DNA of 64,000 bases, taken from Clostridia bacterium (GTDB lineage Bacteria; Bacillota; Clostridia; Monoglobales; Firm-18). How positions within the stretch are numbered: position 1 is the first letter of the stretch; every line of letters begins with the position of its first letter. A program made the translations under genes and the position numbers. Positions 1 to 7,817 of this stretch are shown one piece after another. The stretch spans positions 26,267 through 90,266 of the forward strand of contig JAZQAN010000010.1 in NCBI GenBank assembly GCA_045545235.1. Direction: 5' to 3'. Below the pieces are notes generated by a model that ran no database searches, had not been told where the DNA came from, and saw only the letters and a program-made list of their open reading frames with translations.

Positions 1-263
1 TAGATATTTTCCTCATAGTTATTTGCACTGCCTTCCCCTGAAGCTTTTTTGATACTTCTCATAATAGTATCATTAGGCATGTTATTTGATTTACACTTTG
101 CAATAACGTCCTTAAGTCTTGAATTGATTGTAGGGTCCGGACTTCCGCCTGTTTTAACAGCTACAGCAAGCTCTCTTCCCAATTTTGTGAAAATTTTACC
201 TCTTTGTGCATCATTTGCACCCTTTTTTCTTTTGATTGTTGCCCATTTACTATGTCCTGACAT
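1..263 (-). CDS. YebC/PmpR-family transcriptional regulator, N-terminal 87 codons (3' end runs off the window)
   Basis: Absent from ORF track (no stop in window). Manual minus-strand translation from ATG at 263: [75 protein letters not shown]..., the canonical YebC/TACO1 N-terminus. AGGAAG SD at 271-276. The + strand track ORF 49-285 is its shadow. Confidence 0.85.
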   Translation of the reverse strand, partial: MSGHSKWATIKRKKGANDAQRGKIFTKLGRELAVAVKTGGSPDPTINSRLKDVIAKCKSNNMPNDTIMRSIKKASGEGSANNYEENI

Positions 264-281
264 CTTTTTACTTCCTTTTCT

Positions 282-1196
282 TTAGTCTTCTTTTACAAAT
301 TCCTTAAGACTTGTGGCAAGCCCTGCTATACCCTGAATCTCTGATGGAATTATAATTTTAGTTGATTTACCGTCCGCAACTTTTTCAAGTGCTTCAAGTG
401 CTTTTATAGTCAATACGCCATTTTGCGGATTGCTTTCATTAATTTTTCTGATACCCTCTGCCGTAGCTTCCTGTACCTTTAAAATAGCCTCAGCCTGACC
501 TTCTGCCTCTTTAATCTGTGCTTCTTTTTTTGCCTCAGCAAGCAAAATTGCAGCTTCCTTATCTGCCTGTGCGCTAAGAATTTGCGCTTCCTTCTGACCT
601 TCTGCAACAAGTATCGCGGAACGTTTTTCACCTTCTGCACGAAGAATGGCTTCACGTCTTTCACGTTCTGCCTTCATCTGTTTTTCCATTGCATCCTGAA
701 TTTCTCTCGGAGGCAAAATATTTTTAAGTTCAACTCTGTTTATCTTAATGCCCCATGGGTCAGTAGCCTCATCAAGAATTGAACGCATTTTTGTATTTAC
801 TGTATCACGGGATGTAAGCGTCTGGTCAAGTTCAAGGTCGCCTACAATATTACGCAATGTTGTAGCAGTAAGATTTTCAATGGCACTCATAGGATAATCT
901 ACGCCGTAAGTGTATAGTTTAGGATCTGTAATCTGGAAATACACAACAGTATCAATCTGCATTGTAACATTATCCTTTGTAATAACCGGCTGAGGTTTAA
1001 AATCTACAACCTGTATCTTAAGAGTAACCCTTTTTTCAATTTTATCAATAAATGGAATTTTCACATTAAGTCCTACATTCCATGTAGCATGGTAGGCACC
1101 AAGTCTTTCAACAACATAGGCTTCCGCCTGAGGGACTATTCGTATATTTGAAATAATTAAAACAATTACCAGTACCAAAATCACAAGTATAAACAT
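282..1196 (-). CDS. SPFH/band-7 (stomatin/prohibitin-like) membrane protein
   Basis: N-terminal TM helix followed by a PHB-domain sequence (IVPQAEAYVVERLGAYHATW...ITKDNVTMQIDTVVYFQITDP) and an Ala/Glu/Lys-rich coiled-coil tail. Directly downstream of an NfeD gene, the classic pairing. Confidence 0.9.
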   Translation of the reverse strand: MFILVILVLVIVLIISNIRIVPQAEAYVVERLGAYHATWNVGLNVKIPFIDKIEKRVTLKIQVVDFKPQPVITKDNVTMQIDTVVYFQITDPKLYTYGVDYPMSAIENLTATTLRNIVGDLELDQTLTSRDTVNTKMRSILDEATDPWGIKINRVELKNILPPREIQDAMEKQMKAERERREAILRAEGEKRSAILVAEGQKEAQILSAQADKEAAILLAEAKKEAQIKEAEGQAEAILKVQEATAEGIRKINESNPQNGVLTIKALEALEKVADGKSTKIIIPSEIQGIAGLATSLKEFVKED

Positions 1197-1212
1197 AAAT
1201 CATATTCCTCCT

Positions 1213-1647
1213 TTAATTTTTAACAACTGTTTTTACAACTGCCTTAACACCCTCAATTGAGGAAACAACAACAGTTTCTCCCACATCAACAAGGGAATCA
1301 CTTTTAGCTGACCAGACCTGACCGTCAACCTTAATCTGCCCCTTGTTTTCAATCCCATTGATAGCTTCAACAACAACCGCTTCCCTGCCGATAATACGGT
1401 CGGCATTGGTTGGTTGAACCTTGGGTGCAATTCTGCTTTTTAAAAGCGGACGGGTAAAAAGCAACAACAATCCCGACACCACCACAAAAACAGTAGCAGT
1501 AATTAATTCCGACTGAATAAATGCAGACACCAGAGCTGCCGCAAGAGCCCCTCCGCAAAACCATATGCAAATAAGTGGTGCGGTAATCAACTCTAAAATA
1601 CCAAATACAACAGCTGCCAAAAGCCATACAACAACAAAAGCGTTCAT
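1213..1647 (-). CDS. NfeD-family membrane protein (partner of SPFH protein)
   Basis: Hydrophobic N-terminal half plus a C-terminal OB-fold-like NfeD segment (GREAVVVEAINGIENKGQIKVDGQVWSAKSD). Start moved to ATG 1647 (MNAFVVV), which has a GGGGTG SD 7 nt upstream. Track start 1668 lacks an SD. Confidence 0.85.
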   Translation of the reverse strand: MNAFVVVWLLAAVVFGILELITAPLICIWFCGGALAAALVSAFIQSELITATVFVVVSGLLLLFTRPLLKSRIAPKVQPTNADRIIGREAVVVEAINGIENKGQIKVDGQVWSAKSDSLVDVGETVVVSSIEGVKAVVKTVVKN

Positions 1648-1702
1648 AAGCTCACACCCCTTCCACATTAAATTTTATCACAAAAAACTATCATTTGCAA
1701 CA

Positions 1703-2851
1703 TTATTTTATTTTCAAAACCAAATCTTCGAGTTTTTCTTTTTCATTAAGCACAGGATTTTCCATAACCATATCGAGAAGTATGCCCATCACTCTTCCTA
1801 TTTCAGTTCCGCTTACACCAAACTTCATTATATCATTACCGGTAATTGCAAGATGTTTTAAACTGTAAGGTTCATTTTTCACTTTATTAAAAATTCTTTG
1901 ATAATCAGCAACATCTTCACCATAAGCCTTACGCAAAACCAAAGATTTTACAAACAAATTTTCACCATATATACCAAGCATTTTTTTAACACTATAATCA
2001 TTACATTCAAATTCTGTATGTGAACATTCAAGAATTCTCAAAACATTATTTTTTGTGACGTTATCAAATTTAAGACGTGTAAAAAAACTTCGTGCATCAC
2101 ATACGTTATAAAGCAAAGCCGAAAGTTTAATTTCCTTATCACAGGACACCTTAAGATTAACCTTTGAAAAATCCACTTCAGGAATTACAACATTTGAAAC
2201 TCCGCTTTCAAAAAGCAAATTAAGTTCATTGTCGGTTTCAAGCATTTTCAAAAGCTCAACCTGTATTCTTTCTGCACTTATGTTTTTAAGCAGGTGACAA
2301 TTTTTTCTGATTGCTTCAAATGTATTTTCTTCTATTTTAAAACCAAGTCTTATTGCAAATCGTATTGCACGCATGATACGAAGTGCATCCTCATTAAACC
2401 GTGCATCTGCTTCTCCTACACAACGGATAATTTTATTTTTCAAATCATCTGCTCCGCCATATAAATCTACAAGCCCTGCTACATCATTATACGCCATTGC
2501 ATTTACCGTAAAATCACGTCGTTTTAAATCTTCTTTTATGTCGGTAGTAAAATTTACTGTTTCAGGACGGCGATTATCCTTATAGTCACCATCTATGCGA
2601 TATGTTGTAACCTCTACAGATTTTTTATCAGTAAGTACAGTTATTGTCCCGTGTTTTATACCGGTATCAAAGTGACGGTCAAAGCACAATTTTATCTGGC
2701 TGGCGACTGCATTTGTTGTAACGTCCCAATCATCAGGATTTTGCCCAAGCATAGCATCACGCACGGCTCCACCTACAACATATGCCTCAAAGCCATTTTT
2801 ATTAAGTGTATTTATAACTTTTTTTACATAATCAGGTATTGCAATATTCAA
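1703..2851 (-). CDS. cca: CCA-adding tRNA nucleotidyltransferase (poly(A) polymerase head-domain family)
   Basis: GGAVRDAMLG...DWDVTT nucleotidyltransferase motif and RRDFTVNAMA motif. TTG start at 2851 with AAGGAGGTG 7 nt upstream. Confidence 0.85.
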   Translation of the reverse strand: MNIAIPDYVKKVINTLNKNGFEAYVVGGAVRDAMLGQNPDDWDVTTNAVASQIKLCFDRHFDTGIKHGTITVLTDKKSVEVTTYRIDGDYKDNRRPETVNFTTDIKEDLKRRDFTVNAMAYNDVAGLVDLYGGADDLKNKIIRCVGEADARFNEDALRIMRAIRFAIRLGFKIEENTFEAIRKNCHLLKNISAERIQVELLKMLETDNELNLLFESGVSNVVIPEVDFSKVNLKVSCDKEIKLSALLYNVCDARSFFTRLKFDNVTKNNVLRILECSHTEFECNDYSVKKMLGIYGENLFVKSLVLRKAYGEDVADYQRIFNKVKNEPYSLKHLAITGNDIMKFGVSGTEIGRVMGILLDMVMENPVLNEKEKLEDLVLKIK

Positions 2852-2964
2852 GCCGTCACCTCCTTTTATTATATAATACTACAAATTCACACATTTAACA
2901 ACAGTAACAAAAAAAATTGCTCAACATAATATATAGTGTAACAATAATTAAGGAGGATTCATTT

Positions 2965-3138
2965 ATGAGTTTATTTGGTAACGGTTGCAGTTGCAGCTCT
3001 AACAACGGATGCGGCCTTTTTGGCGGCAACGACACTATTTTGTGGTTCATCATTCTTTTCTTGCTTATTTTCTGCAACAACGGTTGCGGCAGTTCAAACG
3101 TAACAAGCAGTTGCGGTTGCGATAACGAATGCTGCTGA
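2965..3138 (+). CDS. 57-aa Cys/Gly/Asn-rich single-TM peptide of unknown function
   Basis: AGGAGG at 2951-2956, 8 nt before ATG 2965. Product MSLFGNGCSCSSNNGCGLFGGNDTILWFIILFLLIFCNNGCGSSNVTSSCGCDNECC has a central hydrophobic helix flanked by CxC/GCG-rich tails. Strong terminator follows. Track start 2917 lacks an SD. Confidence 0.6.
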   Translation: MSLFGNGCSCSSNNGCGLFGGNDTILWFIILFLLIFCNNGCGSSNVTSSCGCDNECC

Positions 3139-3150
3139 TATGAAAAATAA

Positions 3151-3182
3151 GGACTGTAAAAAACAATTGTTTTTTACAGTCC
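3151..3182. terminator. Bidirectional rho-independent terminator (perfect 32-nt palindrome)
   Basis: GGACTGTAAAAAACAATTGTTTTTTACAGTCC, followed by a T-rich run on both strands (ATTTTTG on +, TTATTTTTC on -). Confidence 0.7.
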
Positions 3183-3216
3183 CAATTTTTGTGAGGATAG
3201 GAAAAAATGCTTCAGA

Positions 3217-3287
3217 ACAGCCAAACTGAACCCGCAGGGGTTACCCGAAGGCGTACAAAGGTACGTCGAGCGGTGAAGTTTGGTTGT
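3217..3287 (+). ncRNA. Candidate small structured RNA (family not recognised; strand uncertain)
   Basis: Local GC spike in an AT-rich spacer between convergent genes. Hand fold: an 11-bp outer helix (3217-3227 with 3277-3287, one G-U), a 4-bp helix CCGC/GCGG (3232-3235 with 3270-3273), and two enclosed hairpins (GGG/CCC near 3238-3246; GCGTAC-AAAG-GTACGT at 3251-3266). Hairpins resembling terminators flank it at 3151-3182 and 3311-3330. Confidence 0.3.
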
Positions 3288-3310
3288 AGCAAAAAGGATT
3301 AATTTATAGA

Positions 3311-3330
3311 AAAACTCAAAATTGAGTTTT
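3311..3330. terminator. Weak AT-rich hairpin with T-run, possible terminator
   Basis: AAAACTCAAAATTGAGTTTT followed by TT on +. In reverse it could terminate the Na/Pi transporter gene ending at 3427. The stem is AT-rich, so confidence is low. Confidence 0.35.
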
Positions 3331-3426
3331 TTCATCATTATTCAAACAACACAAATTATTAATATATTCTTTTCATACTTGTATTTTATTTCCTTTTTGC
3401 GTTCTGGACTTTTTTACATCCGAATT

Positions 3427-5181
3427 TTAAATTAATGAATATTTATTTTCATATAGTTCATATGTTGCATTAAAGTCAATATCATTAGAACTTTTAAGAT
3501 TATTAAGATATTTATGTGTTCCGAACCCGCCATGATTAATTTCAATCATTGCAACGGCAATATTCGAACAATGGTCAGAAATTCTTTCGTAATTAGTCAG
3601 AATGTCGGAAAGAATAAAGCCCATTTCTATTGTACACTCTCCACGCTGAAGTCTTTCTATATGTTTAGTCTTAATTTCAGATGTAAGCTTATCTATAACC
3701 TGTTCAAGAGGTTCAACATTTACAGCCAGAGAAATGTCGTTATTGATATATGCATTTATCGTATTGTCAACAATTTCCTCTGCAGCACGTCTGAGGACAA
3801 GCAAATCATTTTCCGCGTCATCAGTAAATGCAAGTTTTTTAGTATCAAGTTCCTTTGCAGCCTTATACAAATTAAGTGCATGGTCACCAAGACGTTCAAA
3901 ATCACCTATAGTATGAAGCATTGTAAACTTCGCACGGCTGTCTGCATCAGAAAGTCCTTTGTTTGAAATTGCTATAAGATAATTTCCAAGATTATCTTCA
4001 TACATATCAAGTTCTTCTTCATTATCAAACATTTTCACTGCTACATCTTCGTTAAACTTATCAAACAAACTAAATGCACGGTGAATAATATCCTGTGAAA
4101 CCTGAGCCATCTTATAAGTAAGCTTTTTACATTCAGCTACCGCAACAGAAGGTGTAGCAAGAAGACGAGAATCGATAAAATCCTTCTTTTCTTCTTTTTC
4201 AGTATCACCAGTTTTTATAACCAAATTTGCAATCTTTTCAAGTTGCTTTGTAAATGGCAACAACACTATGGTTGTAGTTATGTTGAATATAGAATGTATA
4301 ACAGCAATTTCAAAAGGATTTACAGACTGATTCACAAAAGCAAAATCAACTATTGCATCAACACCATAAAAAACCAACAGCCATATTGCAGTACCTATAA
4401 GGTTAAATGTAACGTGTACAACAGAAACCTTTCTTGCATTTTTATTTACGCCTATACTTGAAATAAGTGCAGTTACACAAGTACCTATATTTTGCCCCAT
4501 AATAATAGGAAGTGCGACCGAAAAATTAATTCTTCCCGTCATAGAAAGTGCCTGCAAAATACCTACTGACGCAGATGATGACTGTATTACACCTGTAAGC
4601 ACAGCACCTGCAACGATACCAAACAGCGGATTTTCAAACATTATAAGAAGGTTTGTAAATTCAGGCATATCCTTAAGAGGTTCAACTGCCCCGCTCATAA
4701 GCTCCATACCAAACATAAGAACTGCAAAGCCTATTAAAATTGACCCGATATCCTTTTTTCTTGTACTTTTAGACATCATAATAAGCATAATACCTACAAG
4801 TGCAAAAACCAAAGAAAAGTTTTCGGGTTTTAAAAGCCTAATAAAAACATTACTGCTTTCAATACCAATCATACTTAAAAGCCACGCAGTAACGGTAGTA
4901 CCTACATTTGCACCCATAATGATGCCTATGGTACGTCCAAAGTGCATAATACCCGAGTTTACCAGACCTACCAGTATAACAGTTACTGCCGATGATGATT
5001 GAATTGCAACCGTAACAACAATACCAAGACCCAGAGCCTTTAGACGGTTAGAAGTCATCTTCTGCAAAATGGTTTCAAGCTTACCGCCTGCCATTTTTTC
5101 TAACCCCTGTGACATTACATTCATGCCATAAAGAAAGAATGCAAGCCCACCCAAAAGTGTTATTATGGAAAAAACGTCCAT
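3427..5181 (-). CDS. Na+/phosphate cotransporter family protein with C-terminal PhoU-like repeats
   Basis: Multi-TM N-terminal portion with duplicated QSSSA(V/S) motifs typical of NptA/YjbB-type Na/Pi symporters. Soluble C-terminus has two PhoU-type helices (GDFERLGDHALN, YERISDHCSNIA). Confidence 0.9.
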   Translation of the reverse strand: MDVFSIITLLGGLAFFLYGMNVMSQGLEKMAGGKLETILQKMTSNRLKALGLGIVVTVAIQSSSAVTVILVGLVNSGIMHFGRTIGIIMGANVGTTVTAWLLSMIGIESSNVFIRLLKPENFSLVFALVGIMLIMMSKSTRKKDIGSILIGFAVLMFGMELMSGAVEPLKDMPEFTNLLIMFENPLFGIVAGAVLTGVIQSSSASVGILQALSMTGRINFSVALPIIMGQNIGTCVTALISSIGVNKNARKVSVVHVTFNLIGTAIWLLVFYGVDAIVDFAFVNQSVNPFEIAVIHSIFNITTTIVLLPFTKQLEKIANLVIKTGDTEKEEKKDFIDSRLLATPSVAVAECKKLTYKMAQVSQDIIHRAFSLFDKFNEDVAVKMFDNEEELDMYEDNLGNYLIAISNKGLSDADSRAKFTMLHTIGDFERLGDHALNLYKAAKELDTKKLAFTDDAENDLLVLRRAAEEIVDNTINAYINNDISLAVNVEPLEQVIDKLTSEIKTKHIERLQRGECTIEMGFILSDILTNYERISDHCSNIAVAMIEINHGGFGTHKYLNNLKSSNDIDFNATYELYENKYSLI

Positions 5182-5240
5182 TCAAAATTCCTCCGTAAAT
5201 ATTCATATTTCTCTCAACATACACAATAATAGCAAACAAC

Positions 5241-5281
5241 TGTTAAATTTGAAACTGTTTTTATGTTAAATCTATGTTAAA
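5241..5281 (-). promoter_or_regulatory. Three direct TTTAACA repeats (PhoP-box-like) upstream of the Na/Pi transporter gene
   Basis: On the minus strand TTTAACA occurs at 5281-5275, 5270-5264 and 5247-5241. The first two TTAACA hexamers are separated by exactly 5 nt (11-bp phasing). The third lies 23 bp further on. The first copy overlaps the kinase stop codon. Confidence 0.3.
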
Positions 5282-6311
5282 TCTTATTGGTAAACCGAAT
5301 TTTTATAGATGTGCCGCTTCCCGGCTCACTTTTTATACTGACCTCTCCACCGTGATAAGAAACCCCATGCTTTACAATAGAAAGTCCAAGACCGGTGCCG
5401 CCAATTTTTCTGGAATGGCTTTTGTCAACGCGGTAAAATCTTTCAAACACCCTGTCAAGCTCGTTGGAAGCTATTCCTATGCCTGTGTCGGTAACGGTAT
5501 ATTCAATTATACCGTCAACCTTTTGAATATTTATAATTACAAGTCCGCTATCCTTATTATATTTTATAGCATTATCACACAAATTATAAATTATTTCATC
5601 AATGATATATTCTACGCCATACACCTGTTCCTTTGTACCTTCAATATGAAGCTTTATCCCCTTTTTTAAAGCAACTGCAGAAAGTCTTGATATAACATTT
5701 TGGGAAACCTCATATAAATTTACCATTTTCTTTTCGTGAAGTATTTCTTTTTCTTCGAGCTTTGAAAGATTTATTATATCACCAACCAAATTTATAAGGC
5801 GTTGAGTTTCGTCATATATTATTCCTGAGAATCTGCTTATATCTTCAGTTTTAGCAAGTCCGTCACGCATAATTTCCGCATAGCCCGATATTGACGTAAG
5901 CGGGGTTTTAAGTTCATGAGAAACATTTGCAGTAAATTCCCTTCGCAGCCTGTTTTGTTTTTCGTGCTCGGTTTTAAGCTTATCCATCTGTTGTTTTATC
6001 TGCCTGTTCTGGTCATTTATTTTATCTACAAAAGGAAGTATTTCTTCAAAAACCTCACTGTCAGGATTTTCAATATTTATGCTGTTAATAGGCTTTATTA
6101 CACTTCTGTATACCAGTTCAGCCACTACTACCGACAAAATTACGGATAAAGCAAACATTATAAGAAGTGGATATCGCAATGTTATCACAACAGATACAGC
6201 AGAAAGCTTTTCGCCATAAAAATTCTGTATTGCCCAAATACCAACTGTTGTACATACAATATAAACTGCCATAAAACCGGCAAAAATATTCCCGAATATC
6301 TTATGCCTCAT
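5277..6311 (-). CDS. Sensor histidine kinase, minimal two-TM (intramembrane-sensing) type
   Basis: Two N-terminal TM helices with a very short loop, then a coiled linker. HisKA H-box (FTANVSHELKTPLTSISGYAEI) and HATPase_c (DTGIGI...GGTGLGLSIVKH). No recognisable PAS/HAMP or periplasmic domain. Overlaps the regulator gene by 11 nt. Confidence 0.9.
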   Translation of the reverse strand: MRHKIFGNIFAGFMAVYIVCTTVGIWAIQNFYGEKLSAVSVVITLRYPLLIMFALSVILSVVVAELVYRSVIKPINSINIENPDSEVFEEILPFVDKINDQNRQIKQQMDKLKTEHEKQNRLRREFTANVSHELKTPLTSISGYAEIMRDGLAKTEDISRFSGIIYDETQRLINLVGDIINLSKLEEKEILHEKKMVNLYEVSQNVISRLSAVALKKGIKLHIEGTKEQVYGVEYIIDEIIYNLCDNAIKYNKDSGLVIINIQKVDGIIEYTVTDTGIGIASNELDRVFERFYRVDKSHSRKIGGTGLGLSIVKHGVSYHGGEVSIKSEPGSGTSIKIRFTNKI

Positions 6312-6981
6312 AGTCTCCTCCGATTTTGTACCCTATACCCCTTATTGTTTTTATGTAATTTCCTGCTGTGCCGAGTTTTTGCCTTAATGTTCGTATGTGT
6401 ACATCTACAGTACGGTTTTCACCATCAAAGGAATATCCCCAAATTTCATTTAACAATGTGTCACGTGTAAGAACAATATCACCGCTTTTTAAAAGCATAC
6501 AAAGAAGCTCAAATTCCTTAAGTGTCAGCAAAACATCTTCACCATCAACACGTACAACGTGCTTGCTTGGGCATACGTAAAGATTTCCCAAGTGAAATTC
6601 TTCATCCTGATTTTCTGTATCTGTACGCCGAAGCAACGCCTTAACACGAGCAACAAGTTCCATCATACCAAAGGGTTTTGGTAAATAATCGTCAGCACCC
6701 ATATCAAGCCCCACAACCTTGTCATACTCACTGTCTTTTGCCGTAATCATCATAACCGGTATCTTTTTCATATCGTGCATACCGCGTACCTTTTTCAATA
6801 TTTTAAGCCCGTCCTCTTCAGGCAACATTATATCCAGAAGGATCATGGATGGTTTGTTATGTTCCGTTGCTTTCCAGAATTCTGACGGCAATCCGAACCC
6901 TGTTGCCTCTATCCCTGAATTATTGAGCGTATAGACAACAAGTTCACGTATATTATTATCATCTTCCAAAAAATATATCAT
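6301..6981 (-). CDS. OmpR/PhoB-family response regulator
   Basis: Receiver domain (ILLDIMLPEEDG phospho-Asp region, ITAKD, K at DYLPKPF) plus a winged-helix output domain (LTLKEFELLCMLL...RTVDVHIRTLRQKL...IKTIRGIGYK). Confidence 0.92.
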   Translation of the reverse strand: MIYFLEDDNNIRELVVYTLNNSGIEATGFGLPSEFWKATEHNKPSMILLDIMLPEEDGLKILKKVRGMHDMKKIPVMMITAKDSEYDKVVGLDMGADDYLPKPFGMMELVARVKALLRRTDTENQDEEFHLGNLYVCPSKHVVRVDGEDVLLTLKEFELLCMLLKSGDIVLTRDTLLNEIWGYSFDGENRTVDVHIRTLRQKLGTAGNYIKTIRGIGYKIGGDYEA

Positions 6982-7002
6982 TTTTCTTCCTCCGCCAGCT
7001 TA

Positions 7003-7800
7003 TCATTTACTGTAAACAAGGTCTCCGTTTCTCATATCATAACAAAATATTCTTCCGTCATCAAGGGTCAGGCGCCATACGGGAAATGCAGTAACTTTTA
7101 CAGTTTCGTCTCTGTTTCCTATATAATATCCGCTCTCCATTTCTTTTACAGTAACTCTTTTGTCAAATTTGTTCTGAGTTGCAAAATCCACAAGAATTTC
7201 CACAGGCGAAACGGTATTTGCCACTCCTCCATCGGTAATGTAATCTCCAAGCCAGTTTTTACCCGTAATTTCGCTGATTCCTTTTTCATCAACCTTTACC
7301 TTTATATAAGAATCATAGAAAATCTTATTATCAAAACTCATATAAAAACATATGCAACTTTTATCTTTTACCGCTATATAATCCGTATTACCAAGCAAGC
7401 CGGAATTTTGTATCAGCTTTTTAGCATATTTTTGCGGATTTGCAATATTTTTATCTTCATTCATTATATACCTGAACGTATTTCCGTTTATTTCCGCATC
7501 GGTGCCAACATAAAATTCAGCACCATTTTCGACGGCAGTTTTCTTTGCATCTTCAAGTACAGCAAGCATAGAATCGTATCTGTTTTCAACATTGCAAATT
7601 TTTACAGAATTATGTGTTCTCGGCACAATATCAGCAGAAATTATCACATTGTTTTTTTTAAGCACTTCAACCGTATTTAAAACAACCTCATCACCAAGAT
7701 TATTATCAAGATACACACCATTAAGGTATACAATTATCAAAAATAAATTAACTATGCTGAATACACATATTAAAATTGTTTTTATTCTGCTCCATTCCAT
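7003..7800 (-). CDS. YycI-like two-component-system accessory protein (single N-terminal TM, extracytoplasmic body)
   Basis: N-terminus MEWSRIKTILICVFSIVNLFLIIVYL closely resembles the YycI signature start (MDW.K.KTIFI..F..LN.FL), recalled from memory. The size (265 aa) and position next to a YycH-like gene and a TCS fit. Confidence 0.6.
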   Translation of the reverse strand: MEWSRIKTILICVFSIVNLFLIIVYLNGVYLDNNLGDEVVLNTVEVLKKNNVIISADIVPRTHNSVKICNVENRYDSMLAVLEDAKKTAVENGAEFYVGTDAEINGNTFRYIMNEDKNIANPQKYAKKLIQNSGLLGNTDYIAVKDKSCICFYMSFDNKIFYDSYIKVKVDEKGISEITGKNWLGDYITDGGVANTVSPVEILVDFATQNKFDKRVTVKEMESGYYIGNRDETVKVTAFPVWRLTLDDGRIFCYDMRNGDLVYSK

Positions 7801-7817
7801 AACATCAATCCTTTTTG

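Noticed and set aside
49-285. 78-aa + strand track ORF at the left edge
   Set aside because: It lies antisense to a clear YebC-family coding sequence (minus strand, ATG at 263). It has no SD and low-complexity hydrophobic content, so it is a shadow ORF.
3217-3287. Possible tRNA or tRNA fragment (size ~71 nt, closing helix)
   Set aside because: There is no T-loop (GTTCRANYC) or D-loop GG, no anticodon-arm geometry and no CCA/discriminator context on either strand. The helices do not form a cloverleaf.
3174-3338. Small ORFs across the GC-rich island: 31 aa on + (3207-3302, basic peptide MLQNSQTEPAGVTRRRTKVRRAVKFGCSKKD) and 54 aa on - (3174-3338)
   Set aside because: Codon usage (CGA, AGG, CGT, GCG) is atypical for this genome. 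The minus ORF has no SD. The extensive base pairing favours an RNA interpretation. The + peptide has a plausible GAGGA SD, so it is not fully excluded.
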